Below, piece by piece: positions 63,036-64,000 of a stretch of 64,000 nucleotides of DNA (the stretch's first letter is position 1; every line of letters starts with the position of its first letter). Made by a program: the position numbers and the translations under genes. Location: contig CM069149.1 of assembly GCA_035221665.1 (NCBI GenBank), forward strand, positions 44,826,001 to 44,890,000, given 5' to 3'. The DNA is from Okamejei kenojei. Lineage: Eukaryota. The notes beneath the pieces are model-generated. The model did not search any database, had not been told where the DNA came from, and saw nothing but the letters and a program-made list of their open reading frames with translations.

Positions 63036-64000
63036 TGTGGTCATACAAAAAGCCCTTATTGAAATTCATTGCCCTGTATATTTATAAGTCTGGGAAAGAT
63101 TACAGGCATAGGGAGAAGTGAGGCTCAAGGGTGATGTGAAGTACTGTGGGTACTGCATGTTAACGTCAGCAAAGTCCCTTAGTGGCTTTGCCGACATGAA
63201 AGCAATGTCCCAGTTTCGCTCTGAAGAAACAGAATTTGATATTAGAATACTTTTAGCAATAGGAAGCTTAAAACAACATCATGTGCACAATTGTTTTAAA
63301 GCTGCTGATTTGGCCATTTTTCAAATTAGTACCTTTCCTCTCATGAAATGATCTGTCAAACATTTAGTAGCAGATTTGTTTTGTTGCTTATAATGTAGTC
63401 CACCAGAGGCCATTATTCTTGGCAAATCTTTGTTCCTGATCCTTTCACATAGCAGTTACATTGCTATCTGAGCGAACACTGCCAACAGAGGTTTGGCATA
63501 TTACCATCAAGGGCACCTAGAGAAAACATTTAATGTAGCCAAATGTATATCAGCCAAGCAACACAGGAAGGAAGGTCTTAAGTTCAACTCTTGGTCTGTA
63601 TTAAGGAGGCCAGGAAGGCAATAAGGCATCTTAATTAACAGTGATATCCCTACATTAATGTTCCTACTGCTGATTGTTCTCCAGTGAACCCTGCTGGAAA
63701 TTGCACTTTTGGGAAATCAAGTGAGTACAGGGGTCAACTAGCCTCCATGGTCAACTAATCTGTCAACATTCCCTTAGTTCACAGTGTAAACTGGGTGTAG
63801 TAGAGGGGGCTGTGGCCTCTATGAAACTACTTTACAGCAAAAGTCAGTGTCTTCAGGAGAGGAATAGACAGCAGTGCTGTATAAATAATAGGGCTGCATG
63901 CTCCAAACGAGGGACCTTTTTGCATTTTAATTTAACACCAAATGTCCGCAAGGTCTTTATAATAGATATTATTTGTTTCACTCAGCCGAGGTTATGAAGT

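Noticed and set aside
531-63997. Remaining 60-150 aa ORFs in the track
   Set aside because: They fall in repeats or random AT-rich intron, many use non-ATG starts, and none resembles a known protein.

Overview
Eukaryotic DNA, AT-rich and rich in transposons. The repeat families suggest a cartilaginous fish, probably a skate or ray (inference). The only host coding sequence I can support is the last two coding exons of ERC1/ELKS on the + strand (26368-26559 and 52772-52909), encoding the C-terminal FIP-RBD-like region that ends ...QQIADHCPDILELVVNALEESS*. A probably long 3' UTR follows. The rest is intron or flank. It contains tRNA-derived HE1-type SINEs, CR1/HER1 LINE fragments, Rex1/Babar-type tails, a Harbinger-type MITE, an unclassified DNA transposon and a DeuSINE remnant. 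It also contains about 20 short insertions of a Penelope-like element (PLE) terminal repeat. That repeat carries a minimal hammerhead-ribozyme motif (CTGAAGA-A-GGGTCTCGACCC-GAAACGTC), often sits as a fold-back palindrome, and is flanked by 8-17 bp target-site duplications (TSDs). This hammerhead-bearing fold-back PLE family is the most interesting system in the window. Family assignments come from recalled motifs, not database searches, and most repeat boundaries are approximate.
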